Positions 1-12,176 of a stretch of 64,000 nt of DNA are shown here, one piece after another. Position 1 is the first letter of the stretch. Every line of letters begins with the position of its first letter. The stretch is from assembly GCA_965216325.1 (NCBI GenBank), contig OZ244160.1, positions 1,120,001 to 1,184,000 of the forward strand, read 5' to 3'. A program made the translations under genes and the position numbers. A model generated the notes under the pieces. That model searched no databases. It was given only the letters and a program-made list of their open reading frames with translations, and was not told where the DNA came from. The stretch comes from Coraliomargarita sp. (GTDB lineage: Bacteria > Verrucomicrobiota > Verrucomicrobiia > Opitutales > Coraliomargaritaceae).

Positions 1-349
1 CCAGGTAGCTGCCATCCGCATCAATGACAGCGGCCGTGTTATGATAGATACCTGGGGCGCGACGCTCGAAAAGTGAGGCTATAATTACGATGCCAAGCTC
101 TTTGGCGATATCTGCGAGAGCATCGGTCGTTGAGCTAGGGATCGGTTCTGCGAGCTCAAACTGATCGGTATCTTGGGTGATGCAGAAATACGGTGTATTG
201 AAGAGCTCCTGAGTGCAAATGATCTGCGCCCCGCCCGATGCAGCCTCGCGCATGCGCTCGATGGTATACTCAAGGTCCGCCTGCTTGGAGCCTTGCTCGC
301 GACCTTGGATGAGTGCAATGCGGACCTTGGATGACTTCTCTGTGCTCAT
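1..349 (-). CDS. Carbon-nitrogen hydrolase (N-carbamoylputrescine amidase-like), 5' part; runs off the window edge
   Basis: Manual translation from ATG at 349: MSTEKSSKVRIALIQ...AQIICTQELFNTPYFC...SLFERRAPGIYHNTAAVIDADGSYL, with the nitrilase-fold QELF Glu motif. Not in the ORF track because it is truncated. Confidence 0.85.
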   Translation of the reverse strand, partial: MSTEKSSKVRIALIQGREQGSKQADLEYTIERMREAASGGAQIICTQELFNTPYFCITQDTDQFELAEPIPSSTTDALADIAKELGIVIIASLFERRAPGIYHNTAAVIDADGSYL

Positions 350-382
350 AAACAAAAACGGCGCGGATTATCCCGCGCCGTT
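350..382 (-). terminator. Intrinsic terminator-like hairpin after hisG
   Basis: Stem AACGGCGCGG/CCGCGCCGTT followed on the minus strand by a T-rich tract that abuts the next ATG. Confidence 0.6.
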
Positions 383-408
383 GAAAGGTTTCAAATGTAT
401 TTTGACGA

Positions 409-1293
<885 letters not shown>

Positions 1294-1429
1294 GAAGCCA
1301 GCAAAGCTGGCGCTAAGGCGCTGAGGCACAAGATTAAATTTCGGAATTTGCTTACGCTTTGGTGAAATAAGTAATTGTAAAGAAACTATTAAGTCGTCAT
1401 TTTTTACATTTGAAGACTGCGTATCTCTT

Positions 1430-1906
1430 ATGGCGAAACCTCAACCACTCACCGAAGGAAGCACAGCTCCTGAATTTTCATTTCAGGAAGACGGCAAATT
1501 ATTGACGCGCGCAGAGGCCGGAGGCCCGATGTTGCTGTATTTTTATCCCAAGGATAATACTCCCGGTTGCAACAAACAGGCCTGTGGACTTCGCGATGCA
1601 TGGGCAGAGCTACAAGCAGCGGGTCTGCGTGTCGTCGGCGTTAGTAAAGATTCGGAGGCCTCGCATGATAAGTTTCGCGCCAAATTTGACCTTCCCTTTC
1701 CTTTAATCGCCGACACGGAACTTGAGCTTGCGCAAGCCTATGGAGTCTATGGCGAAAAGCAGTTTATGGGGCGCACGTTTGACGGTGTCCATCGTGTGTC
1801 TTTCCTTATATCCACAGACGGCACTATCCTCAAAACCTACGCTAAAGTGAAACCTGCCGAGCACGCGGCTACCGTGTTGGCTGACTTCACTGCCCTTAAT
1901 CAATAA
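1430..1906 (+). CDS. bcp: Peroxiredoxin BCP/PrxQ
   Basis: [17 protein letters not shown] motif. Confidence 0.93.
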   Translation: MAKPQPLTEGSTAPEFSFQEDGKLLTRAEAGGPMLLYFYPKDNTPGCNKQACGLRDAWAELQAAGLRVVGVSKDSEASHDKFRAKFDLPFPLIADTELELAQAYGVYGEKQFMGRTFDGVHRVSFLISTDGTILKTYAKVKPAEHAATVLADFTALNQ

Positions 1907-1908
1907 GC

Positions 1909-2646
1909 ATGAATCAAAACCCGAAGCCACTGATTGTTATCGCTGAGGACGACAAAGACCTCGCAAGTTTGATTGCAACACAACTGGAAGTCTCCGGCAT
2001 GCAGAGCCAAATCTGCCACGAGGCATCGCATGTGTCCCGCTTTCTGAAGAATAACTTTGCGAATTTATTGCTACTGGATGTGCACTTGCCTGACGATACA
2101 GGCTTCAACCTCGTCGACGACCTGCGTAGGCACGGCTCTGAGGTGCCCGTCATCTTCCTTACCGGAGAAAGCGGTGAAGTGCAAAAAGTCAAAGCACTGG
2201 AGATGGGGGGCGACGACTATATCACCAAACCTTTTGGCTTCCCTGAGCTAATCGCACGTATCAATGCCGTGCTTCGTCGTGCTGGCACTGCACACGATAC
2301 AAACATCACTCAGAATGCCTCAACTACTGATGGGCCGTTTCAATTTTGTGGCGCAGAAATCAATCCGCAGCGCTTGGAAGTCAGCTTCCCCGATGGCGAG
2401 ACTGAGAGCATTGGACGCAAGGAACTTGGCATCTTTGCCTATCTGGCTGGCAATCCGAATACGGTGCTCACACGCAAGAATCTAATCCACTCCGTTTGGG
2501 GGATCCATGCCGATGTGCGTAGCCGCTCGCTGGATCAATACATCGTCAAAATCCGCGATCTGTATAAGCGGCACGGCCTTTCGTTGGATGCCTTCCGCAC
2601 CGTGCATGGTGTCGGCTACATCTACGATCTAGATGGTGTGGAATAA
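1909..2646 (+). CDS. OmpR/PhoB-family response regulator; no kinase gene in the window
   Basis: Receiver domain (EDD, LLLDVHLPD, DDYITKPF) plus winged helix (RSLDQYIVKIR, TVHGVGY). Confidence 0.92.
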   Translation: MNQNPKPLIVIAEDDKDLASLIATQLEVSGMQSQICHEASHVSRFLKNNFANLLLLDVHLPDDTGFNLVDDLRRHGSEVPVIFLTGESGEVQKVKALEMGGDDYITKPFGFPELIARINAVLRRAGTAHDTNITQNASTTDGPFQFCGAEINPQRLEVSFPDGETESIGRKELGIFAYLAGNPNTVLTRKNLIHSVWGIHADVRSRSLDQYIVKIRDLYKRHGLSLDAFRTVHGVGYIYDLDGVE

Positions 2647-2651
2647 TTTAT

Positions 2652-2682
2652 AAAAAAGGCGGCATGAATTGCCGCCTTTTTT
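2652..2682. terminator. Bidirectional intrinsic terminator between the response regulator and argH
   Basis: AAAAAAGGCGGCA-TGAAT-TGCCGCCTTTTTT between convergent genes. Confidence 0.85.
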
Positions 2683-2683
2683 G

Positions 2684-4078
2684 TTATTGTCTCCAGTGGG
2701 CAATTCGTGCCGCAACTTGCTTTGGGCCCGGCATCCCAGGCTTTTCACGTGCTTCAAGTGCGCGCTTGAGGTCGAACACTGCATTCCAATCTTCCCCAAG
2801 TGCTGTGTGGATCGGCGACACTTGGTCATAGGGTAATTGATGTAGTGGCGTCTCGAGTTTCTCGGATAGTCCGACCAGTGCACCAACGACGTGGTGCGCT
2901 TCACGGAATGGAACACCCTTTTCCACGAGGTAGTCGACCACGTCAGTCGCTAGCAACGCGGGATCGGCAACTGCATCGGCGCAGCTTTGAGTATTGATTT
3001 GGACACCGGGCATGCAGGCCGCTACTGAATCGAGCATGAGCAAAGTTTGCTCCAGGGAATCAAATACCGGCGGCTTATCTTCTTGAAGGTCCCGATTGTA
3101 AGTAAGCGGTAGCCCTTTCACCATCGTCAGCAACATTTGCAGGTTGCCAGTCAGACGCGCCGTTTTGCCGCGAATCAACTCAAAGGCATCCGGGTTTTTC
3201 TTCTGCGGCATTAAACTGGAGCCAGTGGTGAAGGCATCCGGCAGGCGCACGAAGTTAAATTCGGCGCTACTCCAAAGAATAAAATCCTCAGAGAGGCGGG
3301 ACAGGTGAGCGCCAATGGTCGCACAGGCAGCAGCAAAATCGATAAAGCAGTCGCGGTCGCTCACTGCGTCCATACTGTTTTGGGTCATGCGTGGATTGCC
3401 ATCAGCATCTACAAATCCAAGTTCGCGTGCAACGAATTCGCGGTCGATCGGCAGTGTGGTGCCGGCAATCGCGCCCGAGCCTAGCGGGCACACATTCGCC
3501 TGGTCATGGACTGCAGAAACGCGGGTGCGGTCACGGTTGAACATTTCCACATAGGCCAACAAGTGGTGGGCCATGGATACTGGTTGAGCGCGCTGAAGGT
3601 GTGTATAACCGGGGATAATTGCATCCTGTCCACGCTCAGCCAAATCGACCAGAGAGGCGACCGTCGCATCCAGCGAGGCAAGCAATTGCGTACAGGCATC
3701 CTTAAACCAAAGTCGCATGTCTGTGGCGACTTGGTCATTGCGACTGCGCGCCGTGTGTAACTTGGCAGCTGCGGGGACCCGCAGCGTGAGGGCCTGCTCA
3801 ATGTTCATATGCACGTCTTCAAGCGCCATGTCCCAATTGAACTGCCCTGCTTCGACTTCAGCCAAGATTTCGTCCAAGCCTGACTGAATCGCATCGCGCT
3901 CTTCGTCAGTGATGATTCCGACATGAGCCAGCATGGCTGCCTGAGCCTGACTCCCCTGCACATCGAATTTTGCGAGTTTTTGGTCGAAGGATACGGACTC
4001 ACCAATACGTAGCATGAGTTCGGCTGGGCCTTCGGAAAAGCGTCCACCCCATGTGGCTTGTTTATTCGTTTCAGACAT
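2684..4078 (-). CDS. argH: Argininosuccinate lyase
   Basis: WGGRF start, [39 protein letters not shown] at 4078 preferred. Confidence 0.96.
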   Translation of the reverse strand: MSETNKQATWGGRFSEGPAELMLRIGESVSFDQKLAKFDVQGSQAQAAMLAHVGIITDEERDAIQSGLDEILAEVEAGQFNWDMALEDVHMNIEQALTLRVPAAAKLHTARSRNDQVATDMRLWFKDACTQLLASLDATVASLVDLAERGQDAIIPGYTHLQRAQPVSMAHHLLAYVEMFNRDRTRVSAVHDQANVCPLGSGAIAGTTLPIDREFVARELGFVDADGNPRMTQNSMDAVSDRDCFIDFAAACATIGAHLSRLSEDFILWSSAEFNFVRLPDAFTTGSSLMPQKKNPDAFELIRGKTARLTGNLQMLLTMVKGLPLTYNRDLQEDKPPVFDSLEQTLLMLDSVAACMPGVQINTQSCADAVADPALLATDVVDYLVEKGVPFREAHHVVGALVGLSEKLETPLHQLPYDQVSPIHTALGEDWNAVFDLKRALEAREKPGMPGPKQVAARIAHWRQ

Positions 4079-4132
4079 AGTGCTGACTTTCGATAGCTGG
4101 TTCTGCTTTGGCAAATTCAAATTACGCGCCAA

Positions 4133-6145
4133 TTACAAGGCCTCGATCACTGCAGCAATGTCATCGGTGGGCACCAAACATTGAGAGCTCACACAAACCT
4201 GATAAGCTGAGCTCTGCACAGATACGGATTGAATGAAGATCGGTCGTGATGGTCGGCAGGCAAGTGCATCGCGTAAGCTGGAGAGGTCTGTGCCTTGCTT
4301 CACTTTAATCACGATTATACCAATCGCATGTGCGGCCACCGCCTCCAAGCTATGCGCGACTCCAGACGCGACTTTCTGCGCGTAATCAGCATATGCGGGC
4401 AAGGTCGATTGAAGTGCTTCTGCGTAACGACCTTCGCCCGAGATGGCATACATTCCGGCCAAGGCGTGTAGCATTACGCTATTACCTGCAGGCGTGGCAT
4501 TGTCGAACCACTCTTTACGGCGGGCCACCGGTGTTTCGACGCCGTCGGCCGTGAAGTAATAGCCGCACCCATCCGCATCGCTAAACTTATCTAACGCCGC
4601 ATCCAAATAGAGTTGGGCGCGCTCGTAATAGCTATTTGCAACTTCAGCATCCAGCCAAGCTAACTTAGCACCAACCTTTAAACAGGCATCTGCCGCCAAG
4701 GCATAATCGTGCAGGAAGCCATCCACCGTTGCGCCGACACCTTCGTAATAGACTGACTTGAGCTTAAGCCCCGAGTCAGTTATCTCGCTCAGGTCTGACC
4801 ATATGAAGTCTAGCGCCTGACGTGCACGCTCCAGCCACTCTGGGCGATCAAAGATAAAGCCTGCTTCAGCAAGCGAGCGTATTAGCATGCAGTTCCAGGC
4901 TGTGCTGATCTTCTCGTCACGACCAGGCGCAGTGCGCGTCGCTTCTCGGTGCTTACGCAAGTCCGCTCTCGCGCTGGCCAGATGCTGGCGCACCTCAGGA
5001 TCGGAATCGGCTAGTGCGGGATTCGAGAGGCCGTGTTCGAAATTTCCTTCGAGGGTAATATTATACGCGGTGCGGATTTCCCGCCCGGTCGATGGACCCA
5101 GGACACTGTCAATCTCGTCTGGCTCCCAAACGTAATAGCGCCCTTCTTCTCCATCGGTATCTGCATCCAATGCCGCATAAAATGCACCGGAAGTAGCGCT
5201 CATTTCACGCTCCAGCCATTCCACGGTCTCCTCTACGACGGCTGCATACAGCGGATCCTGCTTATCCTGCCAACCACGTGTATAGGCATCGATGAGCAAG
5301 GCATTATCATAGAGCATTTTCTCAAAGTGCGGTATTAACCAGTGCGTATCGACGCTATAGCGTGCAAAGCCGCCGCCAAATTGGTCGTAGATGCCACCAT
5401 GGGCCATCGCTTGCAGCGTCTTATGGCAGACCTGATCAATGCGCTTCGCGAGTTCTGGTGCCTCTTCCTCAACGGTCGCACTGCGGCGTATTGTTTGCAG
5501 AAAGTTGAGGCTCATCGATGGCGGAAACTTCGGAGCTCCTCCAAAACCGCCATATTGGTCGTCGTGATTACCGACGATCCCCTGAGCCGCTGCAACCAAA
5601 AGTGCATTATCCCAGCTTGAAGTCGCATCTGTCTGCACCCCAGCCAAAATGTTCTTCTGGATAGAATCTGCATTCTCGATCAACTCCTCACGGGAACGCT
5701 TATAGTAGTCCGCAATTCGCATCAGAAGCTGTGGCCATGGAATCATACCATTGCCACGGTCCTCCGGAGGAAAATAGGTGCCCCCGAAGAACGGTCGCCC
5801 ATCCGGTAAGCAAAAGACATTCAGTGGCCAGCCTCCCTGCTGTTGAATCATTTGTACCGCCTCCATATAAACTTGGTCAACGTCCGGGCGCTCTTCACGG
5901 TCCACTTTAACGCAAATGAAGTGTTTGTTCATGAGTCCCGCGATGTAGGGGTCATCGAACGATTCATGCGCCATAACGTGGCACCAGTGGCATGCTGAGT
6001 AACCAATCGAAACCAACAGAGGTTTTTGACTCTCCCTTGCAGCCTGAAGCGCTGCCTCACCCCACGGATACCATGCCACGGGCTGCGTTGCGTGCTGTTT
6101 CAGGTATAAGCTTTGCTCGCCTTTCAGGCTGTTTTTAGAGTCCAT
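4133..6145 (-). CDS. YyaL/SPATA20-family thioredoxin-domain protein with six-hairpin glycosidase-like domain
   Basis: [48 protein letters not shown]. Confidence 0.9.
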   Translation of the reverse strand: MDSKNSLKGEQSLYLKQHATQPVAWYPWGEAALQAARESQKPLLVSIGYSACHWCHVMAHESFDDPYIAGLMNKHFICVKVDREERPDVDQVYMEAVQMIQQQGGWPLNVFCLPDGRPFFGGTYFPPEDRGNGMIPWPQLLMRIADYYKRSREELIENADSIQKNILAGVQTDATSSWDNALLVAAAQGIVGNHDDQYGGFGGAPKFPPSMSLNFLQTIRRSATVEEEAPELAKRIDQVCHKTLQAMAHGGIYDQFGGGFARYSVDTHWLIPHFEKMLYDNALLIDAYTRGWQDKQDPLYAAVVEETVEWLEREMSATSGAFYAALDADTDGEEGRYYVWEPDEIDSVLGPSTGREIRTAYNITLEGNFEHGLSNPALADSDPEVRQHLASARADLRKHREATRTAPGRDEKISTAWNCMLIRSLAEAGFIFDRPEWLERARQALDFIWSDLSEITDSGLKLKSVYYEGVGATVDGFLHDYALAADACLKVGAKLAWLDAEVANSYYERAQLYLDAALDKFSDADGCGYYFTADGVETPVARRKEWFDNATPAGNSVMLHALAGMYAISGEGRYAEALQSTLPAYADYAQKVASGVAHSLEAVAAHAIGIIVIKVKQGTDLSSLRDALACRPSRPIFIQSVSVQSSAYQVCVSSQCLVPTDDIAAVIEAL

Positions 6146-6235
6146 ATTGTAAATATCTTTATAAAGCGTTGGTTCTAAACGTTTGACGCTCGTGGTTTAT
6201 GCGGCCTCTGTTAAAAAGAATCATCCCCCTAGTCT

Positions 6236-6697
6236 ATGCTAAAAGCCCCCAAGCAAGGATTTACCCTACTGGAAATCATGATTGTTGTTACGATCATTGG
6301 TATTCTGGTCGCACTGGTATTCCCTCTCTTTTCAAAGATCAAGATAAGTTCACAAAACTCTGCCTTGGCCAATGACCTGCGATGTTTTTCCAGTATGATT
6401 GAGTTCTATGCGACCGACAGTGGCGATTACCCTGAACCAGTTGAATCCGGCTCACTGCCCCCCGACCTCTCAGGTTACATTACCTCCGGTCAATGGAATG
6501 CAAGGCCTTCAATTGGCGGGATGTGGGACCTTGTCTATGAAAGTGGCACGATCATTTCTGCGGTAGGCGTCCGTGGCTTTAGTGTCGATGATGAACAACT
6601 CCGTGTTTTCGATGAAAAATACGATGATGCAAGCCTGAGTACCGGACTTTACCGTAAAATTGGCGGTGGAGGTTTTTTCCGCATCATCGCTGAGTAG
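6236..6697 (+). CDS. Prepilin-type N-terminal cleavage/methylation domain protein (pilin/pseudopilin)
   Basis: KQG/FTLLEIMIVVTIIGILVALVFP class III signal. Confidence 0.88.
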   Translation: MLKAPKQGFTLLEIMIVVTIIGILVALVFPLFSKIKISSQNSALANDLRCFSSMIEFYATDSGDYPEPVESGSLPPDLSGYITSGQWNARPSIGGMWDLVYESGTIISAVGVRGFSVDDEQLRVFDEKYDDASLSTGLYRKIGGGGFFRIIAE

Positions 6698-6781
6698 ATC
6701 GCGTTAATCGCTCATTCTACATATTATTTGTTTTGCAGGGCGGTCTACGCGGTCCAACATGGTGCGTTTTTCTACCTTCCC

Positions 6782-8611
6782 ATGTCATCCATTCGCATTC
6801 TTCCTGACCGTGTTGCAAATCAAATCGCTGCTGGCGAAGTGATTGAACGGCCAGTTGCTGTAGTTAAAGAATTGGTTGAAAATAGTATCGATGCAGGGGC
6901 AACCCGTATCGAGGTCGAATTTCGAAATGGCGGGAAGTCCTACATCCGCATTGAGGACAATGGTAAAGGAATGTCTCCCGATGAGGCATTACTTGCCCTC
7001 GAGCGGCATGCCACCAGTAAAATCCGTGAAGCAGCCGACTTGAATGAAATCGCGAGTTTCGGATTCCGGGGTGAAGCTCTGCCGTCGATCGCATCTGTAT
7101 CCAAGTTTACCTTACGCACACGAGCTGAAGGCTTTGAGCACGGAACTGAAATTCTAATCAACGGTGGCAAACTTATTGAGAAGAAAGAATGTGGCATGCC
7201 GGTTGGCACTGTAATTGAAATTGCCCACCTCTTCAACTCGGTGCCTGCTCGACGGAAATTTCTGAAGACCGACCCGACTGAAACTGCGCATATTACCTAC
7301 ACAACACGCTTGTTTGCCGTCGCACACCCACAGGTCGCATTTCGGCTGCTGGAAAATGGCCGCACCTTGTTCCAGTCCCCAGCATGCAGCGATTTACGTG
7401 ATCGCATCGCCGAGATCTGGGGGCGCCAACTCGCAAATGATCTGATTCCCGTTCAGTTTAATGATGTGGAGCGCGGCTATACGCTCAGTGGTCTGACTGC
7501 GAAGCCTGGCGTCGGTCGCTCTACGAGACGGGAATTAGTCACCCTCGTGAACCGACGGCCAGTAGACAGTCGCACACTTGGATTTGCGGTGCTGGATGCC
7601 TATCATGGACGCATACAGAAAGGACGTTATCCTCCCGCCTTTTTATTTCTGGATATCGCACCTCAAGAAGTTGACGTTAACGTGCATCCAGCCAAGCGCG
7701 AAGTGCGCTTCCGCGACGATGGTGCGATTCGGCGCTTTGTTTTAGGTGCCGTAAGCGACACCTTGGCTGATTACACAGAACAGTCGCAGCCAAAGCCGCC
7801 TGTGCCTGCTGCCAACCCCGCAAGTGAACCAGCGCCACGAGCAGCAAAGCCTGACCTAAAACCTAAGATCTCAATGCCAAGCGAATCCGTCCCAGTCGCT
7901 AGTGAGATCGTTGCTAAAAAGATGGGCACAAAAGTGCAACTTGCCCCGCCCCCCACCAAGGTCACGCCACCAGAGCCTGCACCTAAAACAACAGTTAGTA
8001 AGGAGGCACCCGAAACCGTGCCGATCAAACGCGATACAGACTGGAGATACATTGCACGCTTCCAAAAACACTATGCATTGTTCGAAACAAAGCGTGGACT
8101 GGTAATGCTACACATTCGGCATGCGGACCAACGTGTGCGTATGGAAAAAATCCAAGCCAGCTTCCACCAGGAAAACCAACCAAGCCAGCAACTTTTGATT
8201 CCACTCCCGCTGGAACTGGAGCCGTTGACCTCGGAAACACTGAAAAAACAGCTAAAACTACTGAACTCGCACGGATTTCAAATTGAAGAGTTTGGACGCA
8301 ATTTCTATCGCATCGAAGCGGTTCCGATATGGCTTGAGCAGGAAAAAGCCGAAGCCTTTGTTCGTGATTTTATTGATCGTATTCGACAGCGTGAGGGAAG
8401 CCGTAAGAAAGATTCGTTGATTTGGGACGCCGTTGCCCAACTCGCGATTAAGGATAGCTATCGCAGTAGTGACCATCTCAGTGATTTGGCACTCAAGCAA
8501 CTCGCGAGCGAACTATTAAATTGTTCGTCGCCGCATACGGCCCCAAGTGGGAAGGCGACCTTTCAAGAGGTCAGCTGGAGTGAATGGGCTCGCCGTTTTG
8601 GAGCAGATTAA
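6782..8611 (+). CDS. mutL: DNA mismatch repair protein MutL
   Basis: [44 protein letters not shown]; Pro-rich linker; QQLLIP clamp motif. Confidence 0.95.
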   Translation: MSSIRILPDRVANQIAAGEVIERPVAVVKELVENSIDAGATRIEVEFRNGGKSYIRIEDNGKGMSPDEALLALERHATSKIREAADLNEIASFGFRGEALPSIASVSKFTLRTRAEGFEHGTEILINGGKLIEKKECGMPVGTVIEIAHLFNSVPARRKFLKTDPTETAHITYTTRLFAVAHPQVAFRLLENGRTLFQSPACSDLRDRIAEIWGRQLANDLIPVQFNDVERGYTLSGLTAKPGVGRSTRRELVTLVNRRPVDSRTLGFAVLDAYHGRIQKGRYPPAFLFLDIAPQEVDVNVHPAKREVRFRDDGAIRRFVLGAVSDTLADYTEQSQPKPPVPAANPASEPAPRAAKPDLKPKISMPSESVPVASEIVAKKMGTKVQLAPPPTKVTPPEPAPKTTVSKEAPETVPIKRDTDWRYIARFQKHYALFETKRGLVMLHIRHADQRVRMEKIQASFHQENQPSQQLLIPLPLELEPLTSETLKKQLKLLNSHGFQIEEFGRNFYRIEAVPIWLEQEKAEAFVRDFIDRIRQREGSRKKDSLIWDAVAQLAIKDSYRSSDHLSDLALKQLASELLNCSSPHTAPSGKATFQEVSWSEWARRFGAD

Positions 8612-8623
8612 CACTGGATCGAT

Positions 8624-9913
8624 ATGACTCAGCAAAAGTTCAAGCAGTGGCAGGCATACTCACGTGATGAACCGATTGCCTGTGTGGATCGCTTCTTCAA
8701 TGCGATCGGGCTATTATCAGAGACTGATCGTCGTAGCTATATTGCATCAACCTATGATCGTGCGGACCTCGCTCGTAGTCTGCTAAAATCAGCACATCGT
8801 GCAGACGCACCACTCGCAGGAATTCCCTACACAATTCAAGATTTAGTCGATGTCTCAGGACTCCCGACTGGATGTGGCGCACCCTTTGATCAGCCTTTTG
8901 AAGGAATCATTGACTGCTCATCAGAGCTCTCCAACGCGTTGGATACAATGGGCGCCTGCTTATTCGCCAAAACAGTTCCAGCCGAGTTCGGAGTAGATAT
9001 TCGGGGGCGTAATCCAAGCCACGGCACTTGTGCACATCCGGATTCGGATGTATATGTGCTTGGTGGCGGCGCCGGCAGTACAGTGCGGGCTGTCGCCGAA
9101 GGCCTGGTGCCGCTCGGTGTGGGGGTAGACACCTCGGGAGGAATTCGTATCCCTGCAGCCTTCCAAGGGTGCTTTGGCTTCAGGATGGGACATAATGCTT
9201 ATACGCACGATGGACTATTCCCGATCATGCCCTCAGTTGAGTCAATTGGATGGGTCACCAACACCATCAGCACCTTAAAGCAAACTTTTAGGGCCTTTTA
9301 TCCCCACGCAATAAAGCAGCAAATGGAGCCTAAGGGCTTCTTAATTGATGATCCCTGTTGTCATGTATCGCCTGAGGTTAAATCGAGCTTTCTACTGCTA
9401 TCCCGTGAGCTCGACATTCATGAGGACCCCCAACAACACACTCGCTTAAACCAAGCATTTCAAGGTGCTGGCAATGCGCTCCAGTTGCTACAGGCCCGTG
9501 AACTTTACACAATCCACCAGTATTGGATTGATGAGTATAGAGATCGTTACGACACGAATTTGTTGCGGCGCATTTATAGAGGGATGGAATGCAGTTCAGC
9601 TGAAGTTGAGTTGAGTGGGCAAGTTCAAGAGCGCATCAAGCGAGCGTTGACGACGTTTTTCGAGCGCTATGATTATTTACTGATGCCGGTTTCAAGCGTA
9701 TCGACTCCCCGACAAGGGGACTGGAATGTGGATTTGGAAAGCGACCTGATGCAACTGATCGCCCCGGCAAGCTTATCTGCACTTCCTGCGCTTATATTGC
9801 CATTTATCTGTGAAGATGGCATGCACGGCGCGGCTCAATTGATTATAAACCCGCGAAAAGTAGGTATTGTCCCCGACATTTTAGATCAGGTTGCGGCTTA
9901 CTACGAAGACTGA
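8624..9913 (+). CDS. Amidase-signature family protein with degenerate catalytic triad
   Basis: PLAGIPYTIQDLVDV, GGGAGS and GVDTSGGIRIPAAFQG align with the amidase signature. Confidence 0.8.
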   Translation: MTQQKFKQWQAYSRDEPIACVDRFFNAIGLLSETDRRSYIASTYDRADLARSLLKSAHRADAPLAGIPYTIQDLVDVSGLPTGCGAPFDQPFEGIIDCSSELSNALDTMGACLFAKTVPAEFGVDIRGRNPSHGTCAHPDSDVYVLGGGAGSTVRAVAEGLVPLGVGVDTSGGIRIPAAFQGCFGFRMGHNAYTHDGLFPIMPSVESIGWVTNTISTLKQTFRAFYPHAIKQQMEPKGFLIDDPCCHVSPEVKSSFLLLSRELDIHEDPQQHTRLNQAFQGAGNALQLLQARELYTIHQYWIDEYRDRYDTNLLRRIYRGMECSSAEVELSGQVQERIKRALTTFFERYDYLLMPVSSVSTPRQGDWNVDLESDLMQLIAPASLSALPALILPFICEDGMHGAAQLIINPRKVGIVPDILDQVAAYYED

Positions 9914-9941
9914 GGCACGCTCACTGCACGTAAAGGAGGCA

Positions 9942-10745
9942 CTACACGGCGAAACCAACAGCCGCCTCCAATAGATCGGCAAACTGCAAGCGCACTCGTT
10001 CTGCCGTATCCGAAACCTCTTCGTGGCTCAGTGGCCCATCCGACATTCCCGCTGCAGCATTTGTAATGCAGGAAATTCCGACAACTCGCATTCGGGATCG
10101 CCGTGCAACTATTGCCTCTGGAACCGTAGACATGCCAACGGCATCCGCCCCCAAGAGTGCGAATGCGCGAATCTCTGCCGGCGTTTCAAAGCTAGGGCCA
10201 GTGGTCGCAAGGTAAACGCCTTGCTTGAGTTCGAACGCATGCGCAGCTGCCCATTCGACGATTCGAGCACGCAATGCCGCGTCATAGACTGTGGTCATGT
10301 CCGGAAACAAGTCTTCCCCTTCGTTTGGCTTGACTCCGACAAGTGGATTGCTGCCGAGACAATTGATATGGTCCGTGAGCAACATGAAATCACCTGGCGT
10401 GTAATCAGGGTTGATCCCTCCGGCCGCATTGGTCAGAAATACAGTCCCAATTCCGACTTCTTTCATCAGGCGGATCGGACTCGTCAGTTCTTGTAGTCGA
10501 TAGCCTTCGTAGTAGTGAAATCGTCCCTGCATACAGAGGACACGTAAGCCGTTTATGGTCCCATAAACAAACCGTCCTGCATGCCCGGGAACTGTAGAAA
10601 CTGGAAAGCCATCAATTTCGCTGTAAGCAATACGGCCAGCAACATCGATGCGCTCATCCGCAAAAAATCCTAAGCCTGAGCCGAGCACTAAGCCGACTTG
10701 TGGGCGAAAATCGATGAGTTCTTTGGGGAGCACAGGTAAGTTCAT
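9942..10745 (-). CDS. punA: Purine-nucleoside phosphorylase (trimeric type)
   Basis: VLGSGLG, STVPGHAG, QGRFHYYEG, GPSFETPAE, GADAVGMSTVPE. Confidence 0.93.
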   Translation of the reverse strand: MNLPVLPKELIDFRPQVGLVLGSGLGFFADERIDVAGRIAYSEIDGFPVSTVPGHAGRFVYGTINGLRVLCMQGRFHYYEGYRLQELTSPIRLMKEVGIGTVFLTNAAGGINPDYTPGDFMLLTDHINCLGSNPLVGVKPNEGEDLFPDMTTVYDAALRARIVEWAAAHAFELKQGVYLATTGPSFETPAEIRAFALLGADAVGMSTVPEAIVARRSRMRVVGISCITNAAAGMSDGPLSHEEVSDTAERVRLQFADLLEAAVGFAV

Positions 10746-10754
10746 GGTTAGCTC

Positions 10755-12071
10755 TTATACGGATGTAATTCGATTCATGACAACAGGTGGCACATCCACT
10801 GGCTGTTCTGAATAGGAATAAGCGGTCTTGATTCGCTCAAGTGCGCGTTCACACTGATCTGTAGTTTGATAATGAATACAGGCGAGGACTTGGCCATTTT
10901 GGACGCTATCGCCCTCTTTCGCTTTTAATACAATACCCACAGCCGGGTCGATCAAGTCATCTGCATACGCACGCCCTGCCCCCAAATTACGCGCAGCGTC
11001 TCCGAGTATGCGTGCATCGAGTGATTCGATGAAGGCTGGCGCGCCTTGATACCGGAAGTCGAGTTGCATGGACGACTTGGGCAATTTATCTATAGAATCT
11101 ACAATGCTCTCATCACCCCCCTGCGCGGTGATTAATTCTCGAAATGCATTCAGCGCCCGACCGCTTTCAATCGACTCAGTAATGAGCGGTGCGGCCTCTG
11201 CTGCTGTTTTACAAATCCCACCAAGTTGAAGCATTTCTGCCACTAATGCATTGGTGACCTCCATAAGGTCTTGGGGGCCAGTCCCTTTCAGGCAGTCAAT
11301 AACTTCCGCGACCTCCAAACTATTGCCGATCGCATAGCCTAGCGGTTGATCCATACGCGTGATCAGTGCAGTCGTTGGTTTGCCTAAGCCAGAACTAATT
11401 TGCACCAAGGATTCGGCGAGTTCACACGCCGAATCCTTGGTTTGCATAAAGGCACCGGAACCGCACTTTACGTCCAGCACGAGTGCGTCAATTCCTTCGG
11501 CGAGTTTCTTACTCAAGATACTCGCGCAGATCAGCGGAATGCTTTCCACAGTGCTGGTCACATCCCGCAATGCATAGAGAACTCGGTCAGCTGGCACCAT
11601 ATCCTCCGACTGCCCGATCATCGCCTGATGGATGTTCATCAATTGTTGCCGATAGGCCGCATCATCCAGATCAACACTAAATCCGGGGATCGACTCCAGT
11701 TTATCCAATGTGCCACCGGTATGCCCCAAGCCCCGACCGCTCATCATCGGCACACAAAGCCCCAGCGATGCAGCCAGTGGCGCAAGAATTAGTGACACTT
11801 TGTCGCCGACACCACCCGTCGAGTGCTTGTCGACCTTTGGACGACTGATCTCCGGCAGTTCGACGACTGTCCCAGAGCACATCATAGCTTCGGTCAGTGC
11901 AACCGTCTCCTCCTTCGTCATACCATTAAGCACAATCGCCATTAACAAGGCACTGGCCTGATAATCGCGAAAATCACCAGATACAACCCCATCTACAAAC
12001 TGCCGAACTTGCTTTGGAGTCAGGCGACGCCCATCTCGTTTAGCGGCAATAATATCTACAGGATTCAGCAT
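10755..12071 (-). CDS. pdp: Thymidine/pyrimidine-nucleoside phosphorylase
   Basis: DKHSTGGVGDK, SGRGLGHTGGTLDKLESIPG, SILSKKLAEG, DVKCGSGAFM. Confidence 0.93.
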   Translation of the reverse strand: MLNPVDIIAAKRDGRRLTPKQVRQFVDGVVSGDFRDYQASALLMAIVLNGMTKEETVALTEAMMCSGTVVELPEISRPKVDKHSTGGVGDKVSLILAPLAASLGLCVPMMSGRGLGHTGGTLDKLESIPGFSVDLDDAAYRQQLMNIHQAMIGQSEDMVPADRVLYALRDVTSTVESIPLICASILSKKLAEGIDALVLDVKCGSGAFMQTKDSACELAESLVQISSGLGKPTTALITRMDQPLGYAIGNSLEVAEVIDCLKGTGPQDLMEVTNALVAEMLQLGGICKTAAEAAPLITESIESGRALNAFRELITAQGGDESIVDSIDKLPKSSMQLDFRYQGAPAFIESLDARILGDAARNLGAGRAYADDLIDPAVGIVLKAKEGDSVQNGQVLACIHYQTTDQCERALERIKTAYSYSEQPVDVPPVVMNRITSV

Positions 12072-12176
12072 AGTGTCGAAGCCGTAAGGCTGGCTAATGC
12101 ACTCGACAGATCAATGTTGATCTGGAAAAAGTTTACAAATCTTCCCTTGTAACTTGAGTGTAAGCCTCCGTTCTAG

